Source of the DNA: Isurus oxyrinchus
Taxonomy: Eukaryota
NCBI GenBank assembly: GCA_026770705.1
Contig: JANJGN010000021.1
Location: 80,166,001 to 80,230,000 of the forward strand
Reading direction: 5' to 3'
Length of the DNA: 64,000 bases
Part shown: positions 59,400 to 64,000 of the stretch, piece by piece
Layout of the letters: every line of letters starts with the position of its first letter
Numbering within the stretch: the first letter of the stretch is position 1
Notes under the pieces: model-generated
Database searches by the model: none
Seen by the model: only the letters and a program-made list of their open reading frames with translations
What the model was told of the DNA's origin: nothing
Program-made: the position numbers and the translations under genes

Positions 59400-62300
59400 T
59401 ACTATACTGTCTGTTGTTTAGCGACTGGGTCAACACTGGTGTGTGTTATATTTACTGTCGTTTAAAAACTGAATTCTCACTGGTGGGTGGTATATTTACT
59501 GCAGTTTAGAGATTGGATCCTCACTGGTGGGTGTTATATTTAATGTGGATCCTCACTGGTGTGTGTTATATTTAGGTAGTTTAGAGACCATAGTTAGTGA
59601 GAGTTAACTGGTGCGTGCTATATTTACTATAATTAAGTGACTGGGTCCTCACTGGTGAGTGTTATATTTAATGTAGTTTAGAGACTGAATACAAACAGGT
59701 GTTTGTTATGTTTAAGGTAGTTTAGAGACTGAATCCCCACTGGTGTGTGTTATATTTACTGTAGCTTAGAGACTGGATGCACACTGGTGTGTATTGTATT
59801 TAAGGTAGTTTAGAAACTGGATCCCCACTGGTGTGTGCCGTATTCTCTGTATTTTATAGACTGGATCCTCTCTTGTGTGTGTTATATTTACTGTGGTTCA
59901 GAGGCTGGGTCCTCACTGGTGATTGTTTTTGTTTTGTGTTATAATTAAGGTAGTTTAGAGACCATAGTTAGTGAGAGTAGGTTGACTGGTGTGTGCTATA
60001 TTTACTAAATTGAGTGACTGGGTCCTAACTGGTGTGTGTTATATTTACTGTAGTTTAGTGAATAGATCCTCACTGGTGAGTGTTATATTTAACGTGGTTT
60101 AGTGGCTGAATACACACTGGTTATATTTACTGTAATTTAGTAACTGAATCATCACTGGTGTGTGTTATATTTAATGTGTTTTAGAGACTGAATACAAACT
60201 GGTGAGTATTATATTTACTTTAGTTTAGAGACTGGGTCAACACTGGTGAGTGTTATATTTAGTGTAGTTTAGTGATTGGGTCCTCACTGGTGAGTGTTAT
60301 ATTTAACGTGGTTTAGAGACTGAATATACACTGGTGAGTGTTATATTTACTGTAATTTACTGAATGAGTCCTCACTGGTGAGTGTTATATTTCCTGTAGT
60401 TTAGAGACTGGGTCCTCACTGGTGATTGTTATATATATTCACTTTAGTTTAGAGACTGGGTCAACACTGGTGAGTGTTATATTTAGTGTAGTTTAGTGAC
60501 TGGATCCTCACTGGTGTGTGTTATATTTAACGTGGTTTAGAGACTGAATATACACTGGTGAGTGTTATATTTACTGTAATTTACTGAATGAGTCCTCACT
60601 GGTGAGTGTTATATTTCCTGTAGTTTAGAGACTGGGTCCTCACTGGTGATTGTTATATTTAATGTAGTTTCGAAACTGGGTCAACACTGGTGTGTGTTAT
60701 ATTTACTGTAGTTTAGAGACCATAGTTAGTGAGAGTGGGTTGACTAATGTGTGCTATATTTACTATAATTAATTGACTGCGTCCTCACTGGTGTGTGTTA
60801 TATACACTGTAGTTTAGAGATTAGATCCTCACTGGTGAGTGTTACATTTACTGTAGTTTAGTGACTGGATCCTCAGTGGTGTGTGCTATATTCACTGTAG
60901 TTTAAAGACTCAATCCTTATTGTTGTGTGTTATATTCACTGTAATTCAGTGACTGGATCCTCACTGGTGTGTGTTATACTTAACGTGGTTTAGAGACTGA
61001 ATACAAACTGGTGTGTTAAATTTACTGTAATTTAGTGACTGGATCATCACTGGTGTGTGTTACATTTAATGTGTTTTAGAGACTGAATACACACTGGTGA
61101 GTGTTATATTTACTTTAGTTTGAAGACTGGGTCTACACTGGTGTGTGTTATATTCACTGCAGTTTAGAGAATGGGTCAACACTGGTGAGTGTTATATTTA
61201 CTGTAGTTCAGTGACTAGATCCTCCCTGGTGAGTGTTATATTTACTTTAATTTAGTGACTGGGTCCTCACTGGTGTGTGTTATATACACTGTAGTTTAGA
61301 GATTAGATCCTCACTGGTGAGTGTTACATTTACTGTAGTTTAGTGACTGGATCCTCAGTGGTGTATGCTATATTCACTGTACTTTAGAGACTCAATCCTC
61401 ACTGTTGTGTGTTATATTCACTGTAATTTAGTGACTGGATCCTCACAGGTGTGTGTTATATTTAACTTGGTTTAGAGACTGAATACACACTGGTAAGTGT
61501 TATATTTACTATAACTTAGTGACTGGATCATCACTGGTATGTGTTACATTTAATGTGTTTTAGAGACTGAATACACACATGAGTGTTATATTTACTTTAG
61601 TTTAGAGACTGGGTCTACACTAGTGTGTGTTATATTCACTGTAGTTTAGAGAATGGGTCAACACTGGTGAGTGTTATATTTACTTTAGTTTAGTGACTGG
61701 GTCAGCACTGGTGAGTGTTATATTTACTGTCATTTAAAGACTGGATCCTCACTGGTGTTATATTTACAGTAGTTTAGAGAAAGGATCCTCACTGGTGATT
61801 GTTATATTTAATGTAGTTTAGAGACTAAATACACACTAGAGTGTGTTATATTTTCTGTAGCTTAAAGACTGGATCCCCACTGGTGTGTGTTATATTTACT
61901 GTAGTTCAGAGACTGGGTCTTCACTGGTGAGTGTTATATTTACTGTAGTTTGGAGACTTGGCCCTCACTGGTGTGAGTTATATTCACTATAGGTTGGGGA
62001 CTACATCATCACTGGTGTGTGTGTTATATACACTGTAGTTTAGAGAATGGGTCCTCACTGGTGTGCGTTACATTTACTGTAGTTTAGAGACTGTGTCTAC
62101 ATTGGTGTGTATTATATTTAAGGTAGTTTAGAGACCATAGGTAGTGAGGCTAGGCTGACTGGTGTGTGCTATATTTACTGTAATTAAGTCATTGGGTTCT
62201 CACTGGTGTGTGTTATATTTACTGTAGTTCAGAGGTTTGATCCTCATTGGTGTCTTATATTTACTGGAGTTTAGAGACTGGGTCTACACTGGTGTGTGTT

Positions 62301-62805
62301 ACATTTACTATAGTTTATAGACTGGGCCAACACTGGTGAGTGTTATATTTACTGTTGATTAAAGACTGGATCCTCACTGGGGATTATTATATTTACTGTA
62401 GAAAAGTGACTGGATCCTCCCTGGTGAGTGTTATATTCACTGTAGTTTAGTGACTGGGTCCTCACTGGTGTGTGTTATATTTTCTGTAGTTCAGAGACTG
62501 GATCCTCACTGGTGAGTGTTATACTTACTGTAGTTTGGAGGCGGGGTCGTAACTGGTGTGTGTTATATTCACTGTAGTTTGGGGATTGGATTATCAGTGG
62601 TGTGTGTTGTATAAACTGTAGTTTAGAGACTGGATCCTCACTGGTGTGTGTTATAAACTCTGTAGTTTAGAGACTGGATCCTTACTGGTGAGTATTACAT
62701 TTACTGTAGTTTAGAGACTGGGTCTACACTGGTGTGTGTTATATTTAAGGTAGTTTAGAGACCATAGGTAGTGTGACTAGGTTGACTGGTGTGTGCTATA
62801 TTTAG
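59400..62805. repeat. Satellite E: 44-bp tandem array, consensus ACTGGTGTGTGTTATATTTACTGTAGTTTAGAGACTGGATCCTC
   Basis: Recurring 44-bp unit, a ~482-bp block duplication (60798 vs 61280), and a periodic variant unit GAGACCATAG(T/G)TAGTG. Confidence 0.95.
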
Positions 62806-64000
62806 ATCATAAGGTCATAAGACATAGGAGCAGAAATTAGGCCATTCAGCCCATCGAGTCTGCTTCGCCATTCAATCATGGCTGATAAGTTTTTTAACCC
62901 CATTCTCCTGCCTTCTCCCCTAACCTTTGATCTGCTTACCAATCAAGAACCTGTCTATATCGGTCTTAAATACACTCAGTGACCTGGACTCCACAGCCTT
63001 CTGTGGCAATGAATTCCATAGATTCACCACTCTCTGGCTAAAGAAGTTACTCCTCATCTCTGTTCTAAAAGGTCTTCCCTTTACTCTGAGGCTGTGCCCT
63101 CGGGTTCTAGTCTCTCCTATTAATGGAAACATCTTCCCCATGTCCACTCGATCCAGGCCTTTCAGTATTCTGTAAGTTTCAATCAGATCCCCCTCATCCT
63201 TCTAAACTCCATCGAGTATAGACCCAGAGTCCTCAAACGTACCTCATACGTTAAGCCTTTCATTCCTGGGATCATTCTCGTGAACCTCCTCTGGACCCTC
63301 TCCAGGGCCAGCACATCCTTCCTGAGATACGGGGCCCAAAATTGCTCACAATATTCTAAATGTGGTCTGACCAGAGCCTTATAAGGCCTCAGCAGCACAT
63401 CCCTGCTTTTATATTCTGGTCCTTTTAAAATAAATGCCAACATTGCATTTGCCTTCCTAACTACCGACTCAACCTGCAAGTTAATCTTAAGAGAATCCTG
63501 GACTAGGCCTCCCAAGTTCCTTTACACTCCAGATTTCTGAATTCTCTCCCCATTTAGAAAATAGCCTATGCCTCTATTCTTCCTACCAAAGTGCATGACC
63601 TCACACTTCCCCACGTTGTATTCCAGCTGCCACTTCTTTGCCCATTCTCCTAACCTGTCCAAATCCTTCTGCAGCCTTCCCACCTCCTCAATACCACCTG
63701 TCTCTCCACCTATCTTTGTATCATCTGCAAACTTAGCCAGGATGCCCTCAGTTCCTTCATCTAGTTCATTAATGTATAAAGTGAAAAGTTGTGGTCCCAA
63801 TACTGACCCCTGTGGAACTCTACTAGTCACCGGCCGCCATCCTGAAAAGGACCCCAAAATTCCCACTCTCTGCCTCCTGCCAGACAGCCAATCTTCTATC
63901 CATGCTAGTACCTTGCCTCTAACACCATGGGCTCTTATCTTACTGAGCAGCCTCCTGTAGGCACCTTGTCAAAGGCCTTCTGGAAGTCCAAGTAGATAAA
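62806..64000 (-). mobile_element. CR1 LINE 3' portion (RT C-terminal half and 3' UTR), inserted at the end of satellite E; runs off the window
   Basis: VPQGSVLGPQLFTLYINELD, KFADDTK, RPHLEYCEQFW and LERVQRRFTRM motifs with frameshifts. The tail CATAAGGTCATAAGACATAGG sits at the junction. Confidence 0.93.

Noticed and set aside
1-62805. Regular 29-47-bp repeats as a possible CRISPR array
   Set aside because: The units are head-to-tail with no unique spacers, there are no cas genes, and the context is a vertebrate genome with a spliced gene.

Overview
Vertebrate genomic DNA, almost certainly from a cartilaginous fish (shark-type B2M protein and retroelements). The only host protein-coding gene I can support is a spliced beta-2-microglobulin gene (B2M, + strand): CDS join(15650..15701,16813..17085,18641..18651), 111 aa, with a probable non-coding exon 4 from 18763. 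Its promoter has an ISRE and an MHC-type S-X1-X2-Y module. The gene is an island in a repeat-dominated region. Five unrelated tandem arrays (31, 47, 29, 34/25 and 44 bp units) cover about 36 kb of the 64 kb. Also present: an apparently intact Penelope-like retroelement (918-aa RT + GIY-YIG ORF) with a minimal hammerhead-ribozyme motif in its 3' end, a decayed Penelope copy, several solo or palindromic Penelope-tail modules, one near-full-length and several truncated CR1 LINEs, L2 fragments, a tRNA-derived SINE, a Harbinger remnant and a MITE-like repeat pair. The most interesting signals are (1) the mammal-like SXY promoter module, (2) the Penelope hammerhead with a variant core and a perfect 136-bp inverted copy nearby, (3) a shared, covarying palindrome in the two satellites flanking B2M, and (4) a 16-kb CpG-rich satellite abutting a CR1 5' end. 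I cannot claim a wholly new system. All coordinates were counted by eye and no database searches were run.
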